Positions 42,341 to 63,399 of a stretch of 64,000 bases of DNA are shown here, one piece after another. This DNA comes from the human T2T-CHM13v2.0 reference genome, Homo sapiens. Below the pieces are notes generated by a model, which did no database searches, was not told the DNA's origin, and saw nothing but the letters and a program-made list of their open reading frames with translations. How positions within the stretch are numbered: position 1 is the stretch's first letter; every line of letters begins with the position of its first letter. The stretch lies in the NCBI RefSeq assembly GCF_009914755.1, contig NC_060941.1; one strand, 5' to 3'. Made by a program: the position numbers and the translations under genes.

Positions 42341-43424
42341 GAAATCTAGGAGGTACAGATATAAATCAGGATGAGGCAAGCAGAGATGCCAGGGCTGGCT
42401 GCTTATCAAGCCTAGAGAGCAGTCAGTCCAGAATGGAATGGGAAGATAAATGCCTTCCAGAAGATGTCTCTAGGCAGATAATGGAAGTAATCACTTACCT
42501 GATGGGTTTAAACATATTAAGAAAGAATTCTTTTTTTTTATTTTTGAGACAGGGTTTTGCTCTGTTGCCCAGGCTGGAGTGCAGTGGCATGATCACAGCT
42601 CATTTTAAACTCAAATCCCTTGGTTCAAGGGATTCTCCTGCCTCACCCTCCCAAGTAGCTAGGACTACAGGTGCATACCACTATGCCCAGCATTTTTTTT
42701 TTTTGAGACAGAGTCTCGCTCTGTTGCCCAGGCTGGAGAGCAGGGGTGTGATCTCAGCTCGCTGCAACCTCTGCCTCCTGAGTTCAAGCCACTCTCCTGC
42801 CTCAGCCTCTTGGGTAGCTGGGATTACAAGTGTGTGCCATCACGCCTCGCTAATTTTTTGTATTTTTAGTAGAGATGGGGTTTCTACTACATCCGTGTTA
42901 GCCAGGATGGTCTCGATCTTCTGAACTTGTCCGCCTCGGCCTCCCAAAGTGCTGGCTCACAGGCGTGAGCCACCCTGCCGGGCCAGCTAATTTTTTTAAA
43001 TTATTTTTTTAGAGATGGGGTCTTGCTTTGTTGCTCAAGCTAGTTTTGAACTTCTGGCCTCAAGCGATCCTCCTGCCTTAGCCTCCCAAAGTGCTGAGAT
43101 TACAGGTGTGAGCCATCACATCTGAGAAGGGATTCATTTTTTTACAGAAAAGTTTCAGGATAAGTTGGTAATAGGTACAGAAAATATCAACTGAATAAAT
43201 ATAATGATTAACAACTCCAGGAGGGAAAAATAAACTGTACACACAAAAAAATATAATCTATGTACACAAGGCTCTACTCTGAATAATATTTAGATAGCAA
43301 AAGTAGTACAAACATTGAAAACTGATCTAACTCCCAAGTATGTTAGAAGAATGAAGGTAATTGTGTTTGTATGTGTGAGTATGTGTGTGAGTGTGCACGT
43401 GTCAGTATATATATGAAAATGGGA

Positions 43425-43425
<1 letters not shown>

Positions 43426-43469
<44 letters not shown>

Positions 43470-43478
43470 TGTGTGTGT
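43426..43478. repeat. (TG)n microsatellite
   Basis: About 21 perfect TG units plus a degenerate flank back to ~43360. Confidence 0.95.
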
Positions 43479-43524
43479 AGAGGGGGTGTAAGATGATTCA
43501 ATTCTCAATTTTTTTTTTTTTTGA

Positions 43525-43820
<296 letters not shown>

Positions 43821-44387
43821 TAGGAATGCAAGAGATAACAATATAAGTAAGACATTTATAACTATGGAGGCAAATTGTAGATGAAATAGCTAGACGTTGA
43901 AAGTAGTTTCATCTGTGTAATGGGGAGGTGTAGGATTGCTGTTTTTCCTTGTCATAAATTCATACCAGACATTACTTAAGTTGTTTTTTGTTGTTGTTGT
44001 TGTTTTTTTGAGAAAGGGTCTCACTCTGTCACCCAGGCTGAAGTGCAGTTGTGTGATCACAGCTCACTGCAGCCTTGACCTCCTGGGCTCAGGTGATCCT
44101 CCCACCTCAGCCTCCTAAGTTGCTGGGAATACAGGCCCATGTCACCATGTCCAGATAATTTTTTATATTTCTTGTAGAGATGGGGTTTTGCCATGTTGCC
44201 CAGACTGGTCTCGAACTCCTGGGCTCAAGCGCTTCTCCTGCCTTGGCCTCCCAAAGTGCTAGGATTATAGGTATGAGCCACCATACCTGGCCCATTACTT
44301 GACCTTTTAAAAAACTGAGATATAGGCCGGGCGCAGTGGCTCATACCTGTAATCCCAGCACTTTGGGAGGTCGAGGTGGGTGGATCA

Positions 44388-44717
<330 letters not shown>

Positions 44718-44743
44718 TCAGGAGATTGAGACCATCCTGGCTA

Positions 44744-45133
<390 letters not shown>

Positions 45134-45281
45134 CTAAGATGTCCTGGTGAGTTTCTGCCGGAGTCTCTCTAGCCAGAAAAAGGGACCATTATTTAAACTG
45201 GTCCAAGCCAGTTTATATTGAGACTCCAGGACAGACATTTTTTCCAGCTTGTGGGCTGCATATTTTTGGACTACTCTTTAC

Positions 45282-45446
45282 CTTCTTCCATCTTTGCATT
45301 AGAAATGAGCATCTGTCTCAAATGCTTGAGGAGGCCAGCCCAAGTAAATGTGGTATATGCCAATGAATTCTCAGACATGTGAGGAATGTTACGAACACTC
45401 AGCATCTTGAATTCAGGATGGGGAACTAAATGCTCCATTAAGTCTC
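45282..45446 (-). CDS. TUBD1: Delta-tubulin coding exon 5 (165 bp)
   Basis: acag|GA ... G|gtaaag; encodes [15 protein letters not shown]...NAKMEE. Confidence 0.95.
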
Positions 45447-46288
45447 CTGTAAAGAAAAAAAAATCTGAACTAATTTTTTTTTATTCTACATTGTTGCCAA
45501 TAGTCTATATATAACCATGATTTGAAGGTTTTCTGGGCCAAATGTTTTTTCTCTTCTCAGACCAGAATTATTTAATCTTTAATATAAATACAATTTCAGA
45601 GACAATGTCTATTACACACCACCTCTTTGCTTCATTTTAGCACTGACTTGAGCATGAGTGAGAAAATACACTTTGCCAAAAAGCAAACTACAATTTAGAA
45701 GCTGAATAACTGGAAATGTGAATGAAATATTTAGGTAAACTCCAGGCAAACAAAGTAAACATGAGAACTGATATGCTTTTCTTGTCATTCTATGTTCACT
45801 AAATATTGTTATATTCTTTTTTTTTTTTTTTTTTTTTGGGATGGAGTCTTGTTCTGTCGCCAGGCTGGAGGAGTGCAGTGGCGTGATCTCGGCTCACTGC
45901 AACCTCTGCCTCCCACGATCAAGCGATTCCCGTCTCAGCCTCCTGAGTAGCTGAGACTACAGGCACGTACCACCAAGCCCAGCTAACTTTTTGTACTTTA
46001 GTAGAGATGAGGTTTCACCATGGTGGCCAGGATGGTCTCGATCCCCTGATCTCATGATCTGCCTGCCTTGGCCTCCCAAAGTACTGGGATTACAGGTGTG
46101 AGCCACCGCACCCACCCTACTAAATACTCTTTTAGAAATGTTACTAGATTTTTACATACCGTATCTGGTTAGGTGATAATCAAACCCTGTTAACATGAAA
46201 GTTAATATAAGCCAGGCACGGTGGCTCACGCCTGTAATCCCAGCACTTTCGGAGGCCTAGGTGGGCAGATCATGAGGTCAGGAGTTTA

Positions 46289-46486
<198 letters not shown>

Positions 46487-47058
46487 TCAAAAAAAAAAAA
46501 AAAGTTAACATGAAACTCTATTTGGAAAGAAGACAAGATTAGATATTCCTTAAGATAGGAATGTGCCTATCTTTAGAAACTTGTATTTACAATGAAATAG
46601 AATTAAGGAGAAAGGCTACTTTCCTTTACATTTACAGCTGTCTCATATGTTTATAGAAAATACCTTGAGGATAGGGAAAAATATATTACCATAATATGAA
46701 ACAAACTTTATAACACTGAGTACAAACTCATAATGTACATCCTAAAGAAAAGAACAAATTTTGACACAAACATCTATAAGATGCTACACAGGCGGGCTTG
46801 TGCTAATGGAGTGTCCTCTAAATGTAGAATTCTTTTCTGTAAAATACCTAGAGTTGAATTCTATTGCATAGCACAAGTAAATATAGAATAGTCAGAAAAT
46901 AATTCATGAGCACTAAGGCATGAATTCTTTTTTTTTTTCTTTTTAGACAGTGTTTTGTTCTGTTGTCCAAACTGGTGTGCAGTGGCGCAATCAAAGCTCT
47001 GCAACCTCGAACTCCCAGGCTTAAGCAATAGCCCCACTTCAGCTTCCCTAGTAGCTGA

Positions 47059-47309
<251 letters not shown>

Positions 47310-48390
47310 TAGGCTAGTCTCGAACTCCCAACCTCAGGTGATCTGTCCGTCTTGGCCTCCCAAAGTGCTGGGATTACAGGCATGAGCCACCACACCCGGC
47401 CACTTTTTAAATTCTTAGTAGAGATGAGGTCTTGCTATGCTGCTCAGGCTGGCTTCGAACTCCTGGCCTCAAGCGATCTTCCCACCCTGGCCTCCTAAAG
47501 CACTGGGATTACAGAAGTGAGCCATGGTGCCCGGCCAATGCATGAATCACTAATTGTTGCAATCTGTTCTCCCTTCCAGCTTTCTTGTTCAGCTACTCTT
47601 ACCTTAACCATTCTTTTTTTTTTTTTTAAATGGAGTCTCGCTGTCGCCCAGGCAGGAGTGCAGTGGTGCAATCTTAGCTGACTGCAACGTCTGCCTTATG
47701 GGTTCAAGCAATTCTCCTGCCTGTCTTCTGAGTAGCTGGGATTACAGGTACCCACCACCATGCCTGGCTAATTTTTGTATTTTCTGTAGAGCTGGGGTTT
47801 CACCGTATTGGCCAGGCTGGTCTCAAACTTCTGACCTCAGGTGATCCACCCTCCTCAGCCTCCCAACGTGCTGGGATACAGGCGTGAGCCACCACGCCTG
47901 GCCACCTTGACCATTCTTAAACCTCCTTGAGACTTTAATCCATGGAGCACCTGCCTTTCAATCAATCAGTCTTCCTCTTTCTGGCAAAATCCCAGTCTTC
48001 GGCCAACCCTGCTCCTCACCTTCTCTGTCAGAGCACAACTACGGAAAGTCATGCCACATGGCAGACTCGGACCTCTTTGAATTCCCAATCACCAAACACA
48101 ATGCTGACGCGCACATTGACAACTCTGGATGAGATGGGAAACCTCAGGAAGGTTCTGAAAAGGGGAGCAACAGGATCTGACTTATGCTTTTAAAAACTGC
48201 AAAGCCAGAGTTCAGTCTGGCTGCTGTACTTAAGAAAAGGCTAGGGCCGGGTGCGGTGGCTCACGCCTGTAATCCCAACACTTTGGAATGCCGAGGCGGG
48301 TGGATCATTTGAGACCAGCCTGGCCAACATGGTGAAACTCCGTCTCTACTAAAAATACAAAAATCAGCTGGGCATGGTAGCACGTGCCTA

Positions 48391-48537
<147 letters not shown>

Positions 48538-48846
48538 TCATTGACTTGTACACTTTAAATGGGTGAATTGCATGTTAGGTGAGTTATATCTCAACATGGT
48601 TTCTATTAAAAAAAGAAAAAAAAGAAGAGAAAGAATCCTGAAGAGCAGTGGATACCCACTGCCCTTTAGCAACTTCTCAAAGCTTTTCAATAAGACAGTT
48701 CAGAGAACTAGCAGATGTGAAGAAAGGGTTTTGAGATGAGCAAGACTTAAGTGTATCTTCAGGCAGAGGAGGAGACAGAAAGAATAAACTTTGAAGCTTT
48801 CAGAACATAAGGCTTTCCTATAATTAACGTATAGAGGGACAAATAC

Positions 48847-49078
48847 CTAGTGGATTTCGTCTGTAGTGAAATGAGCTTTCTGCAGAATAAGTAGGCTGGA
48901 ACACACTTCCCAGCTGATGTGCGAGGACTTGATTGATATCACTAAAGGAGATCTGCTTGATATTCATCAGTTTTGCACAGATCTTATGGATGGCATCATT
49001 CTCATGAAGAAGGAGGGCGTCTGAAGATCGGTACAAGTGAGAAAGTGTCAAAATGGAGTTGTAGTTTTGAACAATAAC
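48847..49078 (-). CDS. TUBD1: Delta-tubulin coding exon 4 (232 bp)
   Basis: ccag|GTT ... G|gtattt; encodes [15 protein letters not shown]...[10 protein letters not shown]...RRNPL (tubulin VV-PYN and NEAL-like motifs). Confidence 0.96.
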
Positions 49079-49114
49079 CTGGAGAGGAAAAGGTCAGAAA
49101 AAAGAAAGGTAGGA

Positions 49115-49630
49115 GAGAATAATGGTTAAGATTACAGATTCTCAAGGCATCCTGGCAGGGTTCAAATCCGGGCTCTGTCACTTTCTAGCCGTATGACCTT
49201 GGACAAGTTTTTTAATCTCTATGCTCAGTTTCCTTTTTTTTTTTTTTTTTGAGATAGAGACTCTGTCGCCCAGGCTGGAGTACAGTGGCACCATCTCTGC
49301 TCACTGCAACCTCGGCCTCCCGGTTCGAGATTCTTGTGTCTCAGCCCCGAGCAGCTGGAATTACAGGCTTGTGCCACCATGCCCAGCTAATTTTTGTGTT
49401 TTTAGTAGAGACAGGGTTTCACCATGTTGGCCAGGCTGGTCTCAAACTCCTGGCCTCAAGTGATCCACCCCCTTGTCCTCCTAAAGTGCTGGGATTATAG
49501 GCGTGAGCCACCGAGCCCAACCAGTTTCCTCATTTGTAATGGCTTCCTAGAACTGTAAGGATTAATGATATAATGCAAGTTAAACACTTAGAACAATGCC
49601 TTGTATGGGCACAACAAAAATTGGCCATTA
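49115..49630 (+). mobile_element. MIR split by an Alu
   Basis: gggttcaaatccgggctctgtcact...tgaccttggacaag...ctcagtttcc[Alu]cagtttcctcatttgtaa. Confidence 0.7.
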
Positions 49631-49755
49631 TTATCATACTTATCTCCTATTTCATTTCCTATAGTGACTTGTCTCACCTGATTTGTTTCTTCAGCTAGGT
49701 TGATCAACAGGAAATTGGCTTATATAGAAATTTTCAAGCTGGGAGCGGTAGCTCA

Positions 49756-50066
<311 letters not shown>

Positions 50067-50490
50067 TTACTTGAGGGTGGCAATGGCACCATGAATCCCA
50101 ACATGAGGTCAAGGTGTCTGCTTTATGTACTGGAGTGAGAGACATTCTCAGCAATCAGTTCCTGAAAGAAGCACAATCATCTTCTCTGACTTTTTTTTGA
50201 GACAGAGTCTTGCTCTGTGGCCCAGGCTGGAGTACAGTGACATGATCTAGGCTCAATGCAACCTCTGCTTCACAGGTTCAAGTGATTCTCCTGCCTCAGC
50301 CTCCCGAGTAGCTGGGACAACAGGCAGGAGCCAAAACACCTGGCTAATTTTTGTATTTTTAGTAGAGAAGGGGTTTCGCCATGTTGGCCAGGCTGGTCTT
50401 AAACTCCTGGCCTCAAGTGATCTGCCCATCTCAGCCTCCCAAAGTGCTGGTATTACAGAAGTGAGCCCCAACTGCCTGGCCATTCTCTGA

Positions 50491-50661
<171 letters not shown>

Positions 50662-51279
50662 TAATAATTGTATTTCTAGCAGAGATGGTGTTTCTCCATG
50701 TTGGCCAGGGTGATCTCGAACTTCTGACCTCAGGTGATCCATCCGCCTCGGCCTCCCAAAGTGCTGGGATTACAGGTGTGAGCCACTGCGCCCAGCCATT
50801 CTCTTAAAAAAATTTTTTTTTGAGATGGAGTCTCGCTCTGTCGCCAGGCTGGAGTGCAGTGGCGGGATATCAGCTCACTGCAGCCTCTGCCTCCCAAGTT
50901 CAAGCGAAATCTCCTGCCTCAACCTCCTGAGTAGCTGAGACTACAGGCCAGCGCCACCATGCCCAGCTAATTTTTGTATTTTTAGTAGAAACGGGGTTTC
51001 ACCATGTTGGCCAGGATGGTCTCGATCTCTTGACCTCATGATTTTTCCACCTTGGCTTCCCAAAGTGCTGGGATTACAGGCGTGAGCCACTGCACCCAGC
51101 CTCTCTGAAATTTTAAATGCAAGGATACCTCATCTGTTTGGAAAAGTTTAAGGGAAGATATATATATACCATATATAATATGGTACTCATATTAAATAAC
51201 CATTCTGGAAGCCATAACTTAACATTTCCAATGAAAGGGTGAGCACAATCTTTATTTTTATTTATTTATTTATTTTTGA

Positions 51280-51387
<108 letters not shown>

Positions 51388-51638
51388 TAGCTGGGACTAG
51401 AGGCGCCCGCCACCACGCCTGGCTAATTTTTTGTATTGTTAGTAGAGACGGGGTTTCACCATGTTAGCCGGGATGGTCTCGATATCCTGACCTCACGATC
51501 CGCCCGCTTTGGCCTCCCAAAGTGCTGGGATTACAGGCATAAGCCACCGCACCTGGGTGGTGAGAGCAATCTTTTACCCATATTTATTTCTATTGCAAAG
51601 AACATAAAACATAAACTTTTCAATTAACATGTCCATAC

Positions 51639-51855
51639 CTCACCAGTTCCATAAGGCCAAATAATCTGATTCATTTTCAATGAGTTTGAGTACTGATCTT
51701 CTAAATTCTGTGTAACGAAAGCTCCTAATCCTGATCCTGTGCCCCCAGCCATACTCATTATGATGAAAAAACCACTGAAAGAGTCACATTTCTCCACTTC
51801 CTTCCGGATTATGTTCATTATAGATTCTTCATGCCTGGGTCCATGAACAGAGTAA
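51639..51855 (-). CDS. TUBD1: Delta-tubulin coding exon 3 (217 bp)
   Basis: atag|T ... GAG|gtatg; contains the tubulin GTP-binding signature AGGTGSG. Confidence 0.97.
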
Positions 51856-52036
51856 CTATGCAATGGCAAAAGAAACAAACACAAACACTTTTCAATTTAA
51901 CCACAGATATGTAATTCAGAGAGAAAGATACAGGATAGAGAGGTTTTTTCAAAACTACGGAAGTGAAGGAACTCTCATGAAAGGTACAGGTACCCTGACT
52001 GACAAAATTTTAAATACATAAGTTGAATATATTTAA

Positions 52037-52176
52037 CCCACTTATGCCTAGTGTTCCATTATTGGAACGCTAAGCATGTGGGAGTTATTTATATCCTATT
52101 GCTCAAGGTTATTGCTAAGGTCGGATTTTTCACTCATGCAAAAATTTAAAAAATTGCAACCTCTGGCATAAATGGG
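52037..52176 (+). mobile_element. MER85, full-length non-autonomous piggyBac element
   Basis: 140 bp with TTAA on both sides (52033-52036, 52177-52180); TIRs CCCACTTATGCC / GGCATAAATGGG; internal imperfect palindrome GTTCCATTATTGGAAC at 52053-52068. Confidence 0.93.
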
Positions 52177-52269
52177 TTAACAGGCGAACAGGACTGCTAG
52201 CAGAGGGAATTTACAGAGTATAGAAAGTTCTCTTTATTTTTGAGGTTTTAATCAGATACTTTAATATTT

Positions 52270-52830
52270 GGGGTTTTCATAGCTGTACTTATTTTGGGGG
52301 TACATGTGATATTTGGATATGTGTATACATGTGTAATGATCAAATCAGGGTAAATGGGATATCTATCACCTCAAACATTTATTTTTTCTATGTGTTGGGA
52401 ACATTACAATTCTTCTCTTTAAGCTATTTTTTTTTTTCTGAGACAGAGTTTCGCTCTTGTCACCAGGGCTGGAGTACAATGGCGCGATCTCGGCTCACTC
52501 CCCCTCCCGGGTTCAAGAGATTCTCCTGTCTCAGCCTCCTGAGTAGCTGGGATTACAGATGCCCGAACCACACCAGGCTAATTTTTGTATTTTTAGTAGA
52601 GACGGGGTTTCACCATGTTGGCCAGGCTGGTCTCAAACTCCTGAACTCAGATGATCAGCCTGCCTCAACCTCCCAAAGTGCTAAGATTAGAGGTGTGAGC
52701 CACTGCGCCTGGCCGCTTTTACTATTTTGATATATACAATAAATTATTGTTAACTATAATTTCCTAACTGTATTATTGAATACTAGAGTGTATTTCTTCT
52801 AACTGTATTTTTGTACCCATTAGCAACTTT
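52270..52830 (-). mobile_element. L1M 3'-end fragment, Alu-interrupted
   Basis: gggtacatgtgatatttg...aatgatcaaatcagggtaaatgggatatctatcacctcaaacattt is typical of an L1MA 3' end in reverse. Confidence 0.6.
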
Positions 52831-53512
52831 TTTTTTTTTTTAAACAGGGTCTCACTATGCTGCCCAGGCTGGTTGTGAACTCCTGGCCTCAAGCAATTCT
52901 CCTGCCTCAGTCTCCCAAAGCGCTGGAATTACAGGCATGAGCCACTGAGCCCAGTGAGCAACTTCTTTTAATCTTCCTCTAAAAGCTCTCTTTTGTAGGC
53001 TATTTTCTCCTTTTTTATTTTTTTTGTTTTTGTTTTTGTGTTTTTTGAGGCGGAGTCTCGCTCTGTCGCCCAGGCTGGGGTGCAGTGGCACCATTTCAGC
53101 TCACTAAAACTACCTCCGCCTCCCAGGTTCAAGTGATTCTCCCACCTCAGTCTCCCGAGTAGCTGGGATTAAAGGTGCGCGCCACCACACCCGGCTGATT
53201 TTTGTATTTTTAGTACAGACAGGGTTTCACCATGTTGGCCAGGCTGGTTTCAAACTCCTGACCTCAAATGATCTGCCCACTTCAGCCTCCCAAAGTGTTG
53301 GGATTACAGGTATTAGCCACGGCACCTGGCACCCCCCATCCCACATCTTTTTTCCTTTTTGAGTTAGGGTCTTACTCCGTCACCCAGGCTGGAGTGAAAT
53401 GTGAAGTGCAGTGGCAAAATCACAGCTCACTGCAGCCTTGTCTTGACCTCTCAGGCTCAAAAAATTATCCCATCTCAGCCTCCCAAGTATCTAGAACTAC
53501 AAGAGCATGTAA

Positions 53513-54191
<679 letters not shown>

Positions 54192-54656
54192 TAGTAGAAA
54201 CAGGGTTTTACCATGTTGGCCAGGCTGGTCTCAAACTCCTTTCCTCAGATGATCTGCCCACCTCGGCCTCTCGCAAAGTGCTGGGATGACAGGCGTGAGC
54301 CACTGCAACAGGCCTAATTTTTGTATTTTTAGTAGAGATGGGGTTTCATCATGTTGGCCAGGCTGGTCTCAAACTCCTGACCTCAAGTGATCCACCTTGG
54401 CCTCCCAAAGTGTTGGGATTACAGGCGTGAGCCACTGTGCCTGGCCTCACCTGGCTAATTTCTTTTTAAAATTTTTTCGTAGCGATAGGGCCTCCCTTTG
54501 TTGCCTAGGGTGGACTTGAACTCCTGGGCTCAAGCGATCCTCCTGCCTTGGCCTCCCAAATTGCTGGGATTACAGGCATGAGTAGTGGCCATTCCTTTAC
54601 CTGGTAGGTACCAGGTAGTTCTACAAGTTTTGATACCAGGTAGTTCTACAAGTTTA

Positions 54657-56515
<1,859 letters not shown>

Positions 56516-56827
56516 TCTTGTAGTATTCTCTATCATTGAGATATCTGCCAGATATGGACATTACATTGGTAAGTTAGTTTGCAGCATGACAGTGAGAAGA
56601 TGGAAAACCCTGCTGAAAGATATCCTTCATTTCAACATTACCTGTACCTTAAGTACAGACATAGGCATGGAATGAAAGTTTCTTCTGGGTAAAATAAAAT
56701 TCTAAATCTAAAACAGCAATTTCAAGATTATGTGCTTGGTATATCAACTATACAGTTCTAACTTTGCTATCTATTAATTGACTGTGTAGCTGTCACTAAA
56801 CTGAAAATCACAAGAAATTATTCTTAC

Positions 56828-56975
56828 CCATATGCCCAGTTGTTTCCAGAACCTTGTTTTTGACAGAAGCATGCATGTTGACCATATTTCCATTGGCCAG
56901 ACTGGGCAGCCTTTGACAGCGTTTGATTGATAACTTTGGGTTCCATGTCAACAAGAACAGCCCGGGCAATTGGAA
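56828..56975 (-). CDS. TUBD1: Delta-tubulin coding exon 2 (148 bp)
   Basis: ctag|TT ... GG|gtaag; encodes [14 protein letters not shown]...GSGNNWAYG (tubulin motifs). Confidence 0.97.
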
Positions 56976-57224
56976 CTAGAGGGGGAAAAAAACCCAAAAA
57001 CATCGAAAGAAAAAAAGATTTATTATGTCTTATTTGGGTAACTCAGAGCATCTAAGTGTCCAAATCCAAAAAAAAAAAAAAAATTCCAGGGGTTGTGGTT
57101 AGAAAGATCTGTCGTACTGCTTAGAAATCTCAGTGGGCAGCAGCAGGCATATGCAGATGTTCACCAAGCCCAGCATTTGCTAAGCAGGCTGAATCAGTGT
57201 GGGCCTAAAAGAGTACCTGGGTCA

Positions 57225-58000
<776 letters not shown>

Positions 58001-58599
58001 TCAGCTACTCAGGAGGCTGAGGCACGAGAATTGCTTGAACCCAGGAGGCAGAGGTTGCAATGAGCTGCAATCACACCACTGTGCTCCAGCTTGGGCAAGA
58101 GTGAGACTCTGTCTCAAAAAAAAAAAAAGACTTGTGGGAAAGATAAATACATCAATACTTAATCACACTGCAACGTGATATGACCAAATAAATCCACACC
58201 AAAGGAACATCATATTTAGAGGTACAAAGTACCATGGGTACAACATCCAGCTCAGAATTGTTGGAGCAGAGGATGGAGAAGGAGAGGGTAGAAGTGATGG
58301 ATGGGGATGAAAAGCAGGTAGGGCTCAATCTTGGAAATCTTTATAGGCAATGCTAGAAAAGCCTGAACTTTATCTTTTAGGCCATGATTAACCACCAAAA
58401 ATTTTCAAGCAGGCGAGGAATAGTTAAATGTCTGTCAATCATAATTCACTGCAGCCTCAAACTCTTGAGCTCAAGCAATCCTCCCACTTTGGCCTTCTAA
58501 GTAGCTGGGACTTCAGGTGTGTGCCATTACACCTAACTAATTTTTATTGTTTTCTTTTCTAGAGACAGAATCTTGCTCTATTGCCCAGGCTGGTCTTGA

Positions 58600-58916
<317 letters not shown>

Positions 58917-59517
58917 TGATTCGCCCGCCTCGACCTCCCAAAGTGCTGGGATTATAGGCATGAGCCACTGCACCCGGCCGATGTCTTTTTAAACACAGCA
59001 GTACGGAGGATGGATGTGATAGACAGTAGACTCCAGGCAAGGAATCCTAAAAGGAGTGTCTTGAGACAGTCCAGGTAAGAAAGAACAAAAGCCAGACTAA
59101 AGCAAGTCAGTGAAAGTGGAAAGGGAAGAACAGTTTCAAGGAGTATATAGGAGGTCAAATAAGCAGATCTTGTTTGATGGTATGTATGCAGCAAGAGCAC
59201 AAGGAACAATAATGAATGCCTTGGGAATAGAGATGTTGAGTTTCAGGTTCATATGAGAGATGTGGGTGGAGATATCCACTAATCTGTCTAGAGCTTTTAA
59301 GAGAGGCTGGGCTAGAGGTCTGAAAGTCACAGGTGTAATAAATGTAGCAAACTATGACAGTGAAGTTGCCCAGAGAGAACTATGCAAGTGAGGACAGGGG
59401 AGATGCAACAACTGGAGAAGAAAAGTGGGGTGACTAGGAGAAGGAGGTTCAAGGAGAGAGTTGTTTTTTGTCTTTTTTTTTTCTTTTTTGAGACGGAGTT
59501 TCGCTCTTGTCACCTAG

Positions 59518-59862
<345 letters not shown>

Positions 59863-59995
59863 TGATTCTCCTGCCTCACCCTCCCGAATAACTGGGATTA
59901 CAGGTATGTGCCACCATGTCCGGCTAATTTTTGTATTTTTAGTCGAGACGGGGTTTTACCCTGTTGGCCAGGCTGGTCTCTAACTCCTGACCTCA

Positions 59996-60713
<718 letters not shown>

Positions 60714-60956
60714 TCAAAAAAAAAAAAAAAAAAAAGAGAGACAGAGAAAAGAAAGAGCCAGGCATGGTGGCATGCACCTGCAGTCCCAGCTACTCAGGAG
60801 GCTGAGACCTGTGAATAGCCACCGCACTCCAGCTTGGGCAACATAGTGTAGTAAGAACCTGTCTCTACAAGAAAAAGAAAAAAAGAAAAGAAAAACAGTA
60901 GTTGGATCTGGTGATTCGGAGGTCACTGGAAACTTTTCTTAGAGCAGCTTCAATGA

Positions 60957-61232
<276 letters not shown>

Positions 61233-61584
61233 TGATCCACTCGCCTCGGCCTCTCAAAGTGCTGGGATTACAGGCGTGAGCCACCACGCCCAGCCAGCAG
61301 GGTCCTCTTTTGAGAATCTTAGATGAAAGGCAAAGAGATAAGAAGAAGAAAGCCAGTCAATAGATGAGTTTTGTTTGGTTGGTTTTAAATTGGTGAGATC
61401 TGAGCATGCAGAAGGGAAAATGCCACTGGAAAAGCAAAGATTATTAACATAGAAATGAAAAGCAAAAACAAAGTAATTCCCTAGTGAGATGGGAAGGAAT
61501 GGGGTTTAAAAACCATGTGGAAGGCCTGGCTTTGAAGGGGTTGGTTAGATCAGAGTAAAGGAGAGGACTGTGGGCCACACCTAC

Positions 61585-61756
61585 CTCCATTCTCCTCCTC
61601 ACTGAAGAATCTTTCTTTGCAAGATGCTTGATATGCCTCATTCTCTCTCATAGAGCAGAGTCCCTGGGAACTGTGTGAGTCACTAAGCAAAGCATCAAAA
61701 ACTTCAAAACCAATCTGATTGCCACACTGACCAAGTTGCACTGTTACAATTGACAT
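61585..61756 (-). CDS. TUBD1: Delta-tubulin first coding exon (172 bp CDS; exon begins at 61795)
   Basis: [16 protein letters not shown] tubulin N-terminal motif; acceptor tacag|GTT at 61795; donor G|gtagg. Confidence 0.97.
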
Positions 61757-61869
61757 GCTGAGCCACAAACTAGGTGTATTACCTCTAAAAACAACCTGTA
61801 ATCGAAAAAAATACGCTTTGAGAACCACTACATTACTAATAAGAACAAATAAAATGCCATGTATGTTAA

Positions 61870-62103
<234 letters not shown>

Positions 62104-62453
62104 TGAACTCTTGACCTCGTGATCCACCTACCTCAGCCTCCCAAAGTGCTGGGATTACAGGCTTGAGCCACCACGCCCGGCCCAAAAAGTCATTTTAAAA
62201 TGCCACATACGTATATAATATTGGAGATAGAACAGCTGTGTTGTCTAAGGAGCTAGTCATTCAAGGAAGTTCTCATACTCTCTACATGGTTTTGGGATTT
62301 GTGATTTACTGTACCTGAATCCATTCATACACAGCTCAATAGTTTCCAAAATCTGATTTGTAATCACTTTTTTCCTAAACATATGTTTAAAACAAAACAT
62401 TCTCCTCAGTTGAGGAGTGATAAAAGAAAAAAAGAGGCTGGGTGCGTGGCTCA

Positions 62454-62780
<327 letters not shown>

Positions 62781-63279
62781 TTAGTAGTACCACCCTTCAC
62801 ACCACATGAACATGTAGAACACAGAAGTGTGCTCAACATTGTACATTCAATTAACATTAATTTTCTCTCTTCTAAATAATAGCTTACGCTTTCTCCACTA
62901 GTCTAGCCTGGTAACTTTAGTAAGACCTGTAAGAAAGATTTTGTGTTTAGCTCAGGTAGGACAGCAAGAAAGATGCAGCTTGGAGAAAGAAAACCAGATG
63001 AAATATTAACCGGGCGCAATGGCTCATGCCTGTAATCCCAGTACTTTGGGAGGCCGAGGCGGGAGGATCACCTGAGCCCAGGGATTCCAGACCAGCCTGG
63101 GCAACACAGCGAGACCCTGTCTCCATTTGAAAAAGAAAGAAAGCAAAAGAAACATTAGAGCAGTTCCTCATTATTTTTACCTAGGAAAAGACAAGTTTTG
63201 ATAAAGACTTCACATCAGGTCTATGCAGCACTGGAAATGAGCCGTGGGTTGTGAGACAGACTCTGTGCTTAAAATGTCA

Positions 63280-63385
63280 AACCGGCAAAGTAGGTTTATT
63301 ATTATCCTCATTTTACAGATAAGGAAACTGAGGCTCTGAAAGGTTATTGACTTTTCCAAGGCCACAGAACTAGTAAAGAGCAAAG
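63280..63385 (-). mobile_element. MIR core fragment
   Basis: tattatcctcattttacagataaggaaactgaggctctgaaaggtt. Confidence 0.75.
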
Positions 63386-63399
63386 CCAAAAGGTCCCCC

